A stretch of 64,000 bases of DNA from a virus. The stretch's first letter is position 1, and each line of letters begins with the position of its first letter. Position numbers and translations under genes: made by a program. The stretch lies in the IMG/VR virus record IMGVR_UViG_3300045741_000352, positions 1 to 64,000 of that record. One strand, given 5' to 3'. Under the pieces are notes generated by a model that was given only the letters and a program-made list of their open reading frames with translations, did not search any database and was not told the DNA's origin. Positions 26,228-36,287 of this stretch are shown here, in pieces.

Positions 26228-27250
26228 ATGCCCGTCTCAGAACGTGAATTGACCATCCCTGTATTGGCTGAACAGAACTATCTGCGCTACGATCAACGTC
26301 AGGAATTAGAGCGTTCATCGTCTGCAGTGCGCGAAGTGCTTGATAATCCAGCAATGCGTGCTGAAGCGGAACGTGATGGTGCTGACCTGGAGTCTATGGA
26401 ACAGCAGTATCACCGCGAACGTGAGATGTTGGAGCGCGGCACACCGCCGTCATACGATTCACAGACGAAAAATAAATTGAATCGAGTGCGGCGGCATCTC
26501 GAAGAAGAAATGGTCTCGACTGCATTGTCACGAGATGAGATGGAGCGCGGTACGCCTGAAAATGTCGATAAGTATTTTCAGTGGCATTACGGGCAGTATA
26601 ACGGTGATCAAAAAATGCGTGCATATCGCACCATTTTACAGATACTGGACCCTAACAACGGAGAGCCTAACTTTTTATCGCTTTCTCGTTTACGGGCAAA
26701 AGTGGGTCAATCACCACGCCGTAATCTTCCGGCTTTTCGTGACAATTTTGATGAAATCAAGTGGGAAGAAGTGCTTGAAGAAGATTTAATTCGAGATATG
26801 GACAACGACGAATATCAAAAATTTCTCGAACTCAGATTGCTTGATTGGACGCGCCCATCTATCTGTAAAGAGCTTTCGTGGACTGCAAAACAGTATGAAG
26901 CGGCCATGGAGCGTGTACGCAATTCTCGTGGTATTCGGTCACGTCGCGTAGAACCAGAACCCGAACCTGAAGCGCAGCCCGAAGCGCAGCTTCGCCCCTA
27001 CGATCCCATTCTTGATAAAGAAGTGGAACGTGTACCGGGATGGCCGCGTGAGGAAATCAAAATACTCGGCATGACCAATGCAGAGTTTATCAGACAATCA
27101 GGCATAAGACAAGAATACTTTTATAAGTATTCCCATGACGACAGTTGGCCTGAGCATTACCGCAGAGATATTCTCGTACTACTTGATCGTTTGAAGTCGG
27201 AAGCGACGGAGCATGACGTAGAAGATGATGTACCTGTGAATGCGTCATAG
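26228..27250 (+). CDS. acidic hypothetical virion-module protein
   Basis: 340 aa, with GAGGAT upstream and a PEPEPEAQPEAQ linker. Confidence 0.5.
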   Translation: MPVSERELTIPVLAEQNYLRYDQRQELERSSSAVREVLDNPAMRAEAERDGADLESMEQQYHREREMLERGTPPSYDSQTKNKLNRVRRHLEEEMVSTALSRDEMERGTPENVDKYFQWHYGQYNGDQKMRAYRTILQILDPNNGEPNFLSLSRLRAKVGQSPRRNLPAFRDNFDEIKWEEVLEEDLIRDMDNDEYQKFLELRLLDWTRPSICKELSWTAKQYEAAMERVRNSRGIRSRRVEPEPEPEAQPEAQLRPYDPILDKEVERVPGWPREEIKILGMTNAEFIRQSGIRQEYFYKYSHDDSWPEHYRRDILVLLDRLKSEATEHDVEDDVPVNAS

Positions 27251-27314
27251 CCCGTCGTGGGTATTTCTCGTAGCCTGTGCTACATACACACAGAGCACAT
27301 GAAAGGACACTATC

Positions 27315-28232
27315 GTGGCACTTACAGCGTATCCTGGTATGTTAGCGGGTGTTGGCGCACCGTATCTTAATGTGTTACCAATGCTGACGCCTGGTAAAGT
27401 TTTCTTCGTACACGCAACGCTGGGTAAGACAAATAACACGGGTGACGACCCGACGCGACCCATGACGACCATTCAAGCGGCGTATAATAAATGTCGCGCC
27501 ACACGTGGTGATATGGTTGTAGCTTTGCCGGGACATACCGAGGCGATCTCTGCTGCCGCTGGTATTGTACTGAACCTTGCCGGTGTTCGTGTCATAGGTA
27601 TAGGAGACGGCAATGCGCGTCCTGTGCTCACTTTGGGCACAGCAACGTCAGCGTCATTTGACATCACAGCGGCAAATAACCTTGTCAGCGGTTTTGTTTT
27701 TGATATGACAGGTGTTGATGCGATTACTGCTGGTATGAATGTTCAGGCGGCAGACACGCTGATTGTGAATAATCGCTTCATTCTTGCTTCAGCATCAGCA
27801 CAGGCGACTCTCGGTATTTTGACAACTGCTGCTGCAAACCGTATGACGTTGATGGCGAATCGCTTTGAAGGGACATCAGATGCCGGTACGACTGCCGCTG
27901 TACGTATTGTCGGCGGTGACGGTATTACTATCGGCGGTCTTGATTTAAGTCAAGGTAATTGGTTTTACGGAGCGTATTCATCTGGTGTCGGTGCGATTCA
28001 GGGTCTTACGACAGACACAACGAATATCCTTGTGGCAAGCAACGCGATTTCAAATGTCACCGCAAATTCAACGAAAGCGATGGTGTTTACAGCGTCGTCT
28101 ACTGGTGTATTCACGAACAACCGCATGGCGATCCTTTCTGGTACCGCTCCTGTGACGTTTGCGGCTGGTAATAACGGCGGTGGTGGCTATTACAGCGCGG
28201 CTGCAGGTGTGGCGGCTGGTACGCTCATCTAA
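27315..28232 (+). CDS. right-handed beta-helix (pectate-lyase-fold) protein
   Basis: Repetitive Ala/Gly/Thr/Asn-rich segments of about 22 aa (NNRF, ANRF, NNRM turns) are typical of parallel beta-helices. Confidence 0.5.
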   Translation: MALTAYPGMLAGVGAPYLNVLPMLTPGKVFFVHATLGKTNNTGDDPTRPMTTIQAAYNKCRATRGDMVVALPGHTEAISAAAGIVLNLAGVRVIGIGDGNARPVLTLGTATSASFDITAANNLVSGFVFDMTGVDAITAGMNVQAADTLIVNNRFILASASAQATLGILTTAAANRMTLMANRFEGTSDAGTTAAVRIVGGDGITIGGLDLSQGNWFYGAYSSGVGAIQGLTTDTTNILVASNAISNVTANSTKAMVFTASSTGVFTNNRMAILSGTAPVTFAAGNNGGGGYYSAAAGVAAGTLI

Positions 28233-28246
28233 CGAGGATACACACA

Positions 28247-28465
28247 ATGTTCGATATGTCGGTATATTTTAACTATGAGCTGGAGCGTACCGCACGCTCC
28301 AGCGGGTGTGACGATGAAACACGCAGCATGATTAAAGAAGAACTCATGTTGCGTAAAAAAGACAAGACACGGGAACCTGTGAATCCACAAGATGAGGTAG
28401 TACCACATGGCCCAGAAAAAGTTGAGCTTCAAAAAGGGGACAGTAGCACGGGCAGCACGCGGTAA
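28247..28465 (+). CDS. small hypothetical protein
   Basis: 72 codons with GAGGAT upstream. Confidence 0.4.
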   Translation: MFDMSVYFNYELERTARSSGCDDETRSMIKEELMLRKKDKTREPVNPQDEVVPHGPEKVELQKGDSSTGSTR

Positions 28466-28589
28466 AATAGCAGAGCAGTTCAAAGCAGAAGGTGATTCGG
28501 CTGATAGTGCCTTTGCGAAGGCAACGGCTATCACGAAACGTGCCTCAAAAGGTGGACAGAAGAAGCTCGCACAGAAAGGGTTGAAGTGA
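28407..28589 (+). CDS. small Lys-rich protein
   Basis: 60 codons with GAGGTAG upstream. Overlaps the previous ORF by 59 nt in another frame. Confidence 0.4.
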   Translation: MAQKKLSFKKGTVARAARGKIAEQFKAEGDSADSAFAKATAITKRASKGGQKKLAQKGLK

Positions 28590-28699
28590 AACGCAAACTC
28601 AACGAAGAAAACAAAAAGCACGAAAAGACTGAAAGTGCAGCGAAAGAAAAGCAAGAAGAAAAAATGCTCAAGATGATGAAGAAGAAAGGCAAGAAATGA
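28586..28699 (+). CDS. tiny Lys/Glu-rich ORF (37 aa)
   Basis: GTGA overlap with the upstream stop. Confidence 0.3.
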   Translation: MKRKLNEENKKHEKTESAAKEKQEEKMLKMMKKKGKK

Positions 28700-28827
28700 A
28701 CGGGAATACCAACGGCACCAGTCAAACTGTTCCTACGGTAAAAAACCCGGAAGAGGACATCAATAAAGAACTCATGGCACGTAAAGCGCCGTGGTCGAAA
28801 CCTGACAAAACACGCGGCACTTCCTGA
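28696..28827 (+). CDS. tiny ORF (43 aa)
   Basis: ATGA overlap with the upstream stop. Confidence 0.3.
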   Translation: MNGNTNGTSQTVPTVKNPEEDINKELMARKAPWSKPDKTRGTS

Positions 28828-28875
28828 CATTCTCGTTCAATGAACGAGATTTAAGTGTTTGATATGAGGTGAGTT

Positions 28876-29850
28876 GTGGCACTACCCTACCTATTTGAGT
28901 GCAATTTTGAAGACGGGACAAGTTCACCGTTTGACAGTGAAACTGACACGGAAAATAAACTCTCTGTCGAGCACTACTCTGTACTCTCGAAGTTGCCGTT
29001 TGTTGACTCCATTCCCTATCGCGGTGCGTATGCGGCATTGATAGATGTATCAATTGGTACGGCTGATGCCTATTACCAGGAAGATACAGGCTTTGATGTT
29101 GCAGCAAACACCGCCGCTGCCTGTCGCTTTGCCTTCTGGATTTCCAGCAATCTTGTCATGGCGACTAATGACACATTTGATGTGCTGGAGTGGCAATCTG
29201 CGGGTCCGGTCAATGAGTTTTCAGCTCGTATCATTAACACAGCCGGTGTTATTACATTTTCTGCGGGTGATCCAGGCGGTGCAACATTCCGCACCTCTCC
29301 TATCACACTGAATACCTGGCATATCGCAGAGCTTGTCATCAATACAGGTACAGGCGTAAATGCCACGTGTACAGTGTATCTTGATGGCCAACAACTTGGG
29401 GCACAGATAACAGGTATCACCTGTGCGGCACTCACACAGGCGCGTATGGGGGCCATTGGCATTGATGCAGGTACGACACGTGGTCGTATCCTTCTTGATC
29501 AGATCGTTGCTGACGACACACGTGTAGGTACTTTCTCAAAACGCTTTGACATGACACGTTTTGCAACGAAGTCAGGACACGTAGCGTTAGGACCGGGTTC
29601 AATTGTTGAAGCTGATCTCGTGCAGTCAAGTGCTCTTGATGAGACGATGACGATGTGGGATACTGACACAGCAGACACCACAGATGTAAGTCGTCGTATC
29701 GTGGCTTTTCAGGCATTCAGACCTATTTTCTTCAATAAAGGTGTGTATGTCACACTTAGCGGCACAAATCCGGTAGGTGTGGTGAAATGCAAAGATGCGT
29801 TAGATATGTCGGAAGGCGGTATTAAGAATTTGGGGGTGCGTCATCTATGA
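28876..29850 (+). CDS. concanavalin/LamG-like jelly-roll virion protein
   Basis: NTWHIAELVINTG...VYLDGQQLG is the W-H-hydrophobic ... Y-hydrophobic-DG pattern of LamG-like domains. Confidence 0.45.
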   Translation: MALPYLFECNFEDGTSSPFDSETDTENKLSVEHYSVLSKLPFVDSIPYRGAYAALIDVSIGTADAYYQEDTGFDVAANTAAACRFAFWISSNLVMATNDTFDVLEWQSAGPVNEFSARIINTAGVITFSAGDPGGATFRTSPITLNTWHIAELVINTGTGVNATCTVYLDGQQLGAQITGITCAALTQARMGAIGIDAGTTRGRILLDQIVADDTRVGTFSKRFDMTRFATKSGHVALGPGSIVEADLVQSSALDETMTMWDTDTADTTDVSRRIVAFQAFRPIFFNKGVYVTLSGTNPVGVVKCKDALDMSEGGIKNLGVRHL

Positions 29851-31964
29851 AAAAATTACTGACGTGGCTTTGTATTCTTTGTACCGCTTTTCCGGTGTAT
29901 GCACAGGTGGTGAGACCTCCGACTGGAAGTAGCGGCAGCTCACTAGAAGTGAAAGAGGTTGACGGTACACCAGATGTCACCAGTGTACGTACAATGGTCG
30001 TACCAAATGGATCACTCACTGATAATGGCAATGGTAGTGTTACTTTAACAATATCTGGGTCTGGTACTGTAACGAATACTGGCACGCTGACGGCGAATCG
30101 GCTCATGCTTGGTAATGGTGCTAATGATATTACCGCGTCATCCTCGCTCACCGGATTGGTGCTGGGCAATGGAGCATCTGCTCCGACAGCCATTACAACC
30201 TCGGCTGGACTTGCGGGGGCACTCTCCGATGAGACGGGTAGTGGATTGGCGGTCTTTGCGACATCTCCAACCCTTGTAACGCCGACGCTTGGTGTAGCTT
30301 CAGCTACAAGCATCAACAAGGTCACGATCACGGCTCCGGCAACTGGGTCAACCCTGACGATTCCTGATGGCGTAACGCTGACCGGGCCATCGTCCTCTGC
30401 GACCGTCGCAACGCTTGGTTTGACCAATACGTTTACAGGGCGGCAAGATGCCAGTGGCGCAGCGTCAACGTCTCCTATGAAGGTAGGGACCACGGCAGGA
30501 AAACCTGGAACGTGTATTGTTGGTGACGAATATTTTGCCAATGATGCCACCGCAGGGCAAAACATTTTCTTTTGCACAGCCACAAATACCTGGACGCAGC
30601 AGCTCAATTCAGGCGGTGGTGGTGGGAGCCCTGGTGGCTCGAATACACAAATTCAGTACAACAACTCTAGCGCATTCGGCGGTGCGGCCAACTTCACCTT
30701 TACGAGTGCGACGGGGGTTGTTGGCCTCACGCAAAAGGCCAACGGCAATGAGACGTTGACGGGGAATCGCTTTACTGATACCTCCCCGACTGGTAATTTT
30801 ATTCATTACCAAAACGCCGCATTGAATCAGGATTTGCTCTTAGGCGATGTGACGGGAAAGTTCACGGCTGTATCTTTTGCCACTAATGCCACAGGGGGCG
30901 GGACGCTTGCCTTGAATGGCGCTACCAGTGGCTCTGTGACGTTGAATGTGCCTGCGACAGCAGGTAGCAATACGATGACCTTGCCAGCGGCCACCGATAC
31001 CTTGATTGGCAAGGCCACCACGGACACCTTGACGAACAAGACCTACGACACGGCAGGCGCGGGGAATACGTTCAAGATCAATGGCACCTCGATCACCGCC
31101 ATCAAGGGCAACACGGCGACGGTGGCGACGGTCTCTGGGGCGCTGACGACCGGGAATGTGGTGAAAAGTGACGCTTCAGGGAATCTCATTGATGGCGGGT
31201 CGGCGGGCGGAGGGTTTGATGCCAACGATGTGACGGTTGTGTGGTTCCGTGATGACTTTCCTAGCAGCAATACCAGCTCAAGCAACTTTTTTGGGCAGCT
31301 CCGCTGGCAGCCGAACGCTATCACCTCGTGTTCCACCGGAGGTGCCGGCACGGCAGACCAGAATGGCGTCTTTCCCCATGTCGGGATCACGCAGCAGACC
31401 ACCCCAGTTACAGCAGGGTCTGGGTGCGTACTCCATATGTCGACAGCCAGTAATGGCATGTTTGGCACGCTCTTTAATCAAGGTACCAATAGCCCGTGGA
31501 CATCGAAAACCATTGCACGTATCTGTGCGCCATCGGGTGCAAATACCTGCGGCGGCGGCGGCGCACCGAGTAGGGTCATTTTCAAGACCGGCCTGGTGGA
31601 CGGGGCGGCGAGTGTCACAACCATTACCCCGGCAGGCGGGTGCTGGATTCGCCACGACACGAACGCAGGGGATACGGACTTTATCGGGGAATGTTGTTCA
31701 GCCTCAACGTGTACGGCGACCACCGGCTTGACTGGGAGCGCGGCGGATCAGGGGTGGCACACTTTCAAGATTTCCAGTACGACCAATGGGCAGATAACGT
31801 TCACCGTTGATACAGGCACCCCACAAACCGTCACAACGAATGTTCCTACGGGCAAGGACATTGCTCCCTGGCATGGGATTGTGGCTGGCACGGGCGTCTC
31901 TGGCTCAGAGAATCGCCGCTATCAGCTCGATTTCTGGTCCTTTAGCGGGACGGTGGCACGATGA
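29847..31964 (+). CDS. fibre-like protein with a Sec-type signal peptide
   Basis: MKKLLTWLCILCTAFPVYA-Q has the n-h-c organisation of a signal peptide. The rest is Gly/Thr/Ser/Ala-rich with fibre-type repeats. Confidence 0.6.
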   Translation: MKKLLTWLCILCTAFPVYAQVVRPPTGSSGSSLEVKEVDGTPDVTSVRTMVVPNGSLTDNGNGSVTLTISGSGTVTNTGTLTANRLMLGNGANDITASSSLTGLVLGNGASAPTAITTSAGLAGALSDETGSGLAVFATSPTLVTPTLGVASATSINKVTITAPATGSTLTIPDGVTLTGPSSSATVATLGLTNTFTGRQDASGAASTSPMKVGTTAGKPGTCIVGDEYFANDATAGQNIFFCTATNTWTQQLNSGGGGGSPGGSNTQIQYNNSSAFGGAANFTFTSATGVVGLTQKANGNETLTGNRFTDTSPTGNFIHYQNAALNQDLLLGDVTGKFTAVSFATNATGGGTLALNGATSGSVTLNVPATAGSNTMTLPAATDTLIGKATTDTLTNKTYDTAGAGNTFKINGTSITAIKGNTATVATVSGALTTGNVVKSDASGNLIDGGSAGGGFDANDVTVVWFRDDFPSSNTSSSNFFGQLRWQPNAITSCSTGGAGTADQNGVFPHVGITQQTTPVTAGSGCVLHMSTASNGMFGTLFNQGTNSPWTSKTIARICAPSGANTCGGGGAPSRVIFKTGLVDGAASVTTITPAGGCWIRHDTNAGDTDFIGECCSASTCTATTGLTGSAADQGWHTFKISSTTNGQITFTVDTGTPQTVTTNVPTGKDIAPWHGIVAGTGVSGSENRRYQLDFWSFSGTVAR

Positions 31965-33478
31965 AAACCTATGGGTTGGCCTTGTGTCTCGCGCTCCTCA
32001 CTGCCCCATGCGTCCAGGCGCAAGCGTCGTGGACGATGACGGGGGGCGTGACTATTGGTGGCACCGCAACGCTCGCGGGTACCTATTCCCCTATCCCTAC
32101 GCTTGCGGCAGGATGGTATCAACTCAGTGGGACCAATGCCCAAACAAGTTGCTGCCCCAACACGACGCAGCTTCCAGCACCACAGGGCGGCACGGGCTGC
32201 AAGAGTGTGATGGATGCTCAGTCAGGCGGTGCCTTTGATTGGCTCAATCGTAAATTCTATGTCCATGGCGGTGGCCATAATGATTGGTATGGCAATAGCG
32301 TGTGTTCATTGGACATCGGGGCTTCGCTGACCAGTAGCCCGTCAGGCATAAATTTCTTTGTGCAACCAACAGCTTTGCACGCAGCGCAGACGACAGGGCC
32401 GAATATCGGTGCTCAGGCTGGAGGAGCCGAAGGATTACCGGCACGTGGAATTACGAACGTTGTACGTACCAGTAATGTCGTCACACTCACGTGTGATATT
32501 TCTTGTCCGTTTTCGGTCAATGACCATGTTCAGGTGGCGAATACCGCGCTGGTCGATAGCACAGATGTTGTTGTCACAGGTACGCCTTCAAGCACAACCT
32601 TTACATATACCTTGGCTGGTAGTGATATTGGCAGTACGGGTGTGACAGCGCGTGCCAGTGGCTACACAGCGCCGAATGCACGCCACACGTACCAGGGTGA
32701 TGTGATTGACCCGACATCTGGGAAGCTCGTCACTATTGGTGGCTTTTTATCGCCAAACGCGACCGGCACCAATCAAGCATGGTCGCTTAATCTCAGCTCA
32801 GGAGTGTGGACGTGGGAAGGAACGCCGTCTGGGACACCGCCGTCCGCAGCCAACGCCGGGAGTAATCCCGTTCTGCTTGGTATTAAGAACAGCACGCGAG
32901 GGGACAGGTTGTGGCTTGGAAGCAATGGCGACCTCTACGAGTGGGATCATACCTCTGCGCCAGGCACGATGACCAAGCGCACGAGTGGGAGCCCCATGCT
33001 CACTAACGGAGCCTGGACGCAGTGTAGCGGCGGAATTGATCCGATTAACGAGTATGCTGTGTTTATTTGTGGTGATTCTCGCGCTGCTCATAGTGCAGGG
33101 TATTATGCTGTCAGTATCGCTTCTGGGAGCAGCTTTACTGTCAAGACACTCACGCAAACAAGCTGTGATACGGCTAACGGTTTTACGGCTAATGTTTACA
33201 CAAGTGGGCTCAACATTACAAGTCCGGGGCTTGATTGGGACTGGAAACATAGTGAGATGGTTGGCTACCTCGGAAATGGCAACGATCTATACAAAATGGC
33301 CATTAACTACGGGGCTAACACGGTCACTTGTACTACTGAGACGGTGGCAAGTGGGCCTTCGACATACAATATGGGCATCAGTGGGGTGTTTAACCGCTGG
33401 GCTTACTCACGGCAGGATGATCTCTGGCTGTTGTGCCAGGGTGGCAACACTAATTGCTATGTACTCAAGCGGAATTAG
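31961..33478 (+). CDS. secreted protein, possibly a beta-propeller
   Basis: MKTYGLALCLALLTAPCVQA-QA reads as a signal peptide. YVHGGGHNDWYGN resembles a Kelch-type blade. ATGA coupling to the upstream gene. Confidence 0.55.
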   Translation: MKTYGLALCLALLTAPCVQAQASWTMTGGVTIGGTATLAGTYSPIPTLAAGWYQLSGTNAQTSCCPNTTQLPAPQGGTGCKSVMDAQSGGAFDWLNRKFYVHGGGHNDWYGNSVCSLDIGASLTSSPSGINFFVQPTALHAAQTTGPNIGAQAGGAEGLPARGITNVVRTSNVVTLTCDISCPFSVNDHVQVANTALVDSTDVVVTGTPSSTTFTYTLAGSDIGSTGVTARASGYTAPNARHTYQGDVIDPTSGKLVTIGGFLSPNATGTNQAWSLNLSSGVWTWEGTPSGTPPSAANAGSNPVLLGIKNSTRGDRLWLGSNGDLYEWDHTSAPGTMTKRTSGSPMLTNGAWTQCSGGIDPINEYAVFICGDSRAAHSAGYYAVSIASGSSFTVKTLTQTSCDTANGFTANVYTSGLNITSPGLDWDWKHSEMVGYLGNGNDLYKMAINYGANTVTCTTETVASGPSTYNMGISGVFNRWAYSRQDDLWLLCQGGNTNCYVLKRN

Positions 33479-33499
33479 AAATATGACAGAGAGTATATT

Positions 33500-33727
33500 T
33501 TGAAAAAAATACTACTTTTAGCGTTTCTTGCGGGTTTGGTGAATCTCGGTTCGACACTCGGTGCGATTGCTCAAGGGTCGTCTTCGGTTACAGCAGCACA
33601 GTGGTATTGGGTTATTGGAGCATTCGTAACCGCATTTGCAAAAGACCTGCAATCATTGTTTGTAGTGCCACCAAAAAAAGAATTACAATCAGGTGACTCA
33701 ACTGTGACCATTGAGACAAAGAGCTAG
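33500..33727 (+). CDS. small membrane or secreted protein
   Basis: TTG start with a hydrophobic N-terminus and a second hydrophobic segment. Confidence 0.35.
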   Translation: MKKILLLAFLAGLVNLGSTLGAIAQGSSSVTAAQWYWVIGAFVTAFAKDLQSLFVVPPKKELQSGDSTVTIETKS

Positions 33728-33737
33728 GAGTGTATCC

Positions 33738-34412
33738 GTGCTCGCTACGACACTCGCTGCCCAACTACGTACCAGAGTGCAAACGTTGAAACTCGTTGAT
33801 GAACAGACGGGTTTTCTTGATGAAGATGAGTTGGAGCAGTACATTGGTATTGCGATTACCTATCTAACATCGCTGTATCAACTGCAACATTTCATTGACA
33901 TCAATCGTGAGCTGTTTCGCACGACGGCTAACGTAGAAACATATGAAATTCCAGAAAATCTTGGTTTTTGGGCACCAGAGCAGACAAGGCAGTCCGGGCT
34001 CGCTGTGCGTCAAACGGACAACGAAAATCAAATCACGAATCTGGAATACTACGACCCTGCACGTTTTAATTTGTATCGTACAGGGACAACAGGCAAACCG
34101 GCGTGGTTCACTTTTGCGAATAATCTGATGTGGCTTCAACCTGTACCTGATACAGTGTACATCATTGAAGCAATTCTTCGTCCTGTGCATGACAATATGG
34201 ACATACCAGATGCGTATGCACCGGCAATCGGCATTCAAACTCTCTATCAACTTGCCTCGGATAAAAACAAACTTACACCACAGTTGCAAGATGAACATAC
34301 AAGGCTTGTACGTACTTTAGTTAACAATGAAAGTCGCTTTCGTCAAAGATTTTACACATCACGCGAGCGCATAGGTTTCGGCAGAGGGCGGAGGCGTCGG
34401 TATGGCTACTAA
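33738..34412 (+). CDS. adaptor-like protein, paralogue 1
   Basis: GTG 33738 behind AGGAG. Shares the Y-x-hydrophobic-P-x-(D/N)-(F/L) ... W-L-x-P-x-P ... Y layout with 36288, 37486 and 38139. Confidence 0.4.
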   Translation: MLATTLAAQLRTRVQTLKLVDEQTGFLDEDELEQYIGIAITYLTSLYQLQHFIDINRELFRTTANVETYEIPENLGFWAPEQTRQSGLAVRQTDNENQITNLEYYDPARFNLYRTGTTGKPAWFTFANNLMWLQPVPDTVYIIEAILRPVHDNMDIPDAYAPAIGIQTLYQLASDKNKLTPQLQDEHTRLVRTLVNNESRFRQRFYTSRERIGFGRGRRRRYGY

Positions 34413-36279
34413 TGGCGAATCAATTATAACATTACCGAGTACCACACCAAATAGTTCGAGTTATAGTACATCACGAACATGGATGCAGCAAGAAATTGCC
34501 GCTGTACTTGCACGGTATCTCGTACATAAAGGTTTTGTATATTCAGGTGGTATACATGGTACTGCGTCTGGTATGATATCGAGTGCCTTTGCGACAGAAG
34601 CATTCACATCAAACCATAATCGTATACGTGCGGGTGTAGGAGGTGTGGGTGGAACGGCTGCTATCAACTACAGTGCCATGGGAGCTGCTTCAAATGACAC
34701 AGCATGGGTAGTCATTTGTGCGGCACAGGGTAACAGTTTTAATAATTTTTCACGTGTAACAGGTACGAACTATTTTGTTGATGTAGTGTCTACTACACAG
34801 CCAACATGGCCTGACGACAGTACGCCGCTTATGAAGGTGACTATTAGTGGTGGGAATATCACTGCGGTGCTTGATTTACGCTATCCCGCGTCCTTTGTGT
34901 TGTTTGGTCGGTATGATGTAACAGATGCACTTTACGGGGCCGTGGGTGACGGGATAACAGATGATACGTCGGCCTTTGTAGCAGCGTTGGCTGCGTATGG
35001 CTCCGGTTTTCCGAATCCGGCTGGTGTACCACCGCTCACATCAAATCCACCGACAGTTAGTATTGAAGGTAAACTCGTTTTTGTTCCGCGTGGTTGGTAC
35101 AAGGTTTCAAGTACACTCACTGTCCCTAAGAATACTATTCTACAGGGTCAGGGCATGGATGCTTCACGTATTTTGCAGTTTGGTAACATTGATCAAATTA
35201 TATTGAGTGATAACAGCCATTTATATGACTTGGGTTTAGTTGGTGGCGGTTCTCTTGGATACACAGGTCGTGGTATTGTGATTCCTGAAGGTCACTTCAA
35301 TGGTGGGTATCAACGTATCGAACGTTGCCGTGTTGAAGAACATCTTAACTTTTGCCTTGAATTGCCACAAGCGGCTGACCCTCTTAATAATACACCGGGA
35401 GCATATCTTACACTTCGTGATTGTTTTATGGGTCGATACGATGGAGCAACTTTCGATGCTACCATTCGTGAAGCTGTGAAATTACCTAATTCAGACGCAA
35501 CTGGTGGTATTAAACGTACTTTTGATAATTTGATTACTTACGGTTTTCGTGGTATCCACTTAGGCGGCTCTACTCTCACGTCAGTGTATAATTGCCGCAT
35601 GGGTAGTATAGTTTTCACAGCAAACACCTCAAAATGTGTCGTACAAAATTGCAGAATTACTGGTTTTGAAAAACTGACGGGAACTGAAAATGTAGTGGCG
35701 GGTAATATCATTGGAAGTAACCCAAATGCAGATCACATCACACTTGATGCTAACGCATTTTATTGCCGCCTTGGTCCTAATGCATATGGAAATGAATTTA
35801 CAAGCAGCCCACGTGCACAACCGTTAGATAGCAGCGGTAATAATACTAATTGGCTCATTATTGTTGATCTTGATTATGCAATGCCATGGAAAGCAGACAC
35901 AGTTGATCCAGTTATAGGAAACGGATCAATTGTATCGACATATTCACGTGAAGGTCATACTGTAACATGGACAGGTCATATTACTATTGGATCGACAACG
36001 ACACTCGGAACGGGTAACTGGTATTTCACACCGCCGTTTCCTGCATATCCATCAAATACAACTGCACGCGCTACAGGTACTTTTTATACGACACGTGACA
36101 GCGTGTCGTATCGTATTGGAGTGTGCCGTATTATTTCAGGTGCAGGGAGTCCTGGTCAATTGTATTGCTATACAGAAAACCAGGAGGGAGTGCTTCATTC
36201 TACGGTTCCTGCTGCATGGTGGATTGCAGGTGACACCTTGGATTTTACAATCACCTATAACATGGCAGCAACACCATAG
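34402..36279 (+). CDS. tailspike with pectate-lyase-3-type beta-helix (polysaccharide depolymerase)
   Basis: DVTDALYGAVGDGITDDTSAFVAAL is the hallmark start of the Pectate_lyase_3 / tailspike beta-helix. Confidence 0.75.
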   Translation: MATNGESIITLPSTTPNSSSYSTSRTWMQQEIAAVLARYLVHKGFVYSGGIHGTASGMISSAFATEAFTSNHNRIRAGVGGVGGTAAINYSAMGAASNDTAWVVICAAQGNSFNNFSRVTGTNYFVDVVSTTQPTWPDDSTPLMKVTISGGNITAVLDLRYPASFVLFGRYDVTDALYGAVGDGITDDTSAFVAALAAYGSGFPNPAGVPPLTSNPPTVSIEGKLVFVPRGWYKVSSTLTVPKNTILQGQGMDASRILQFGNIDQIILSDNSHLYDLGLVGGGSLGYTGRGIVIPEGHFNGGYQRIERCRVEEHLNFCLELPQAADPLNNTPGAYLTLRDCFMGRYDGATFDATIREAVKLPNSDATGGIKRTFDNLITYGFRGIHLGGSTLTSVYNCRMGSIVFTANTSKCVVQNCRITGFEKLTGTENVVAGNIIGSNPNADHITLDANAFYCRLGPNAYGNEFTSSPRAQPLDSSGNNTNWLIIVDLDYAMPWKADTVDPVIGNGSIVSTYSREGHTVTWTGHITIGSTTTLGTGNWYFTPPFPAYPSNTTARATGTFYTTRDSVSYRIGVCRIISGAGSPGQLYCYTENQEGVLHSTVPAAWWIAGDTLDFTITYNMAATP

Positions 36280-36287
36280 GGATACGC

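Noticed and set aside
29822-30607. 261-codon minus-strand ORF antisense to the fibre gene, with similar antisense ORFs at 16324-16677, 17902-18201, 31043-31723 and 45611-45910
   Set aside because: They fall inside Gly/Ala/Thr/Ser-rich genes whose codon bias keeps the opposite strand open. The sense genes have coupling, ribosome-binding sites and recognisable motifs.
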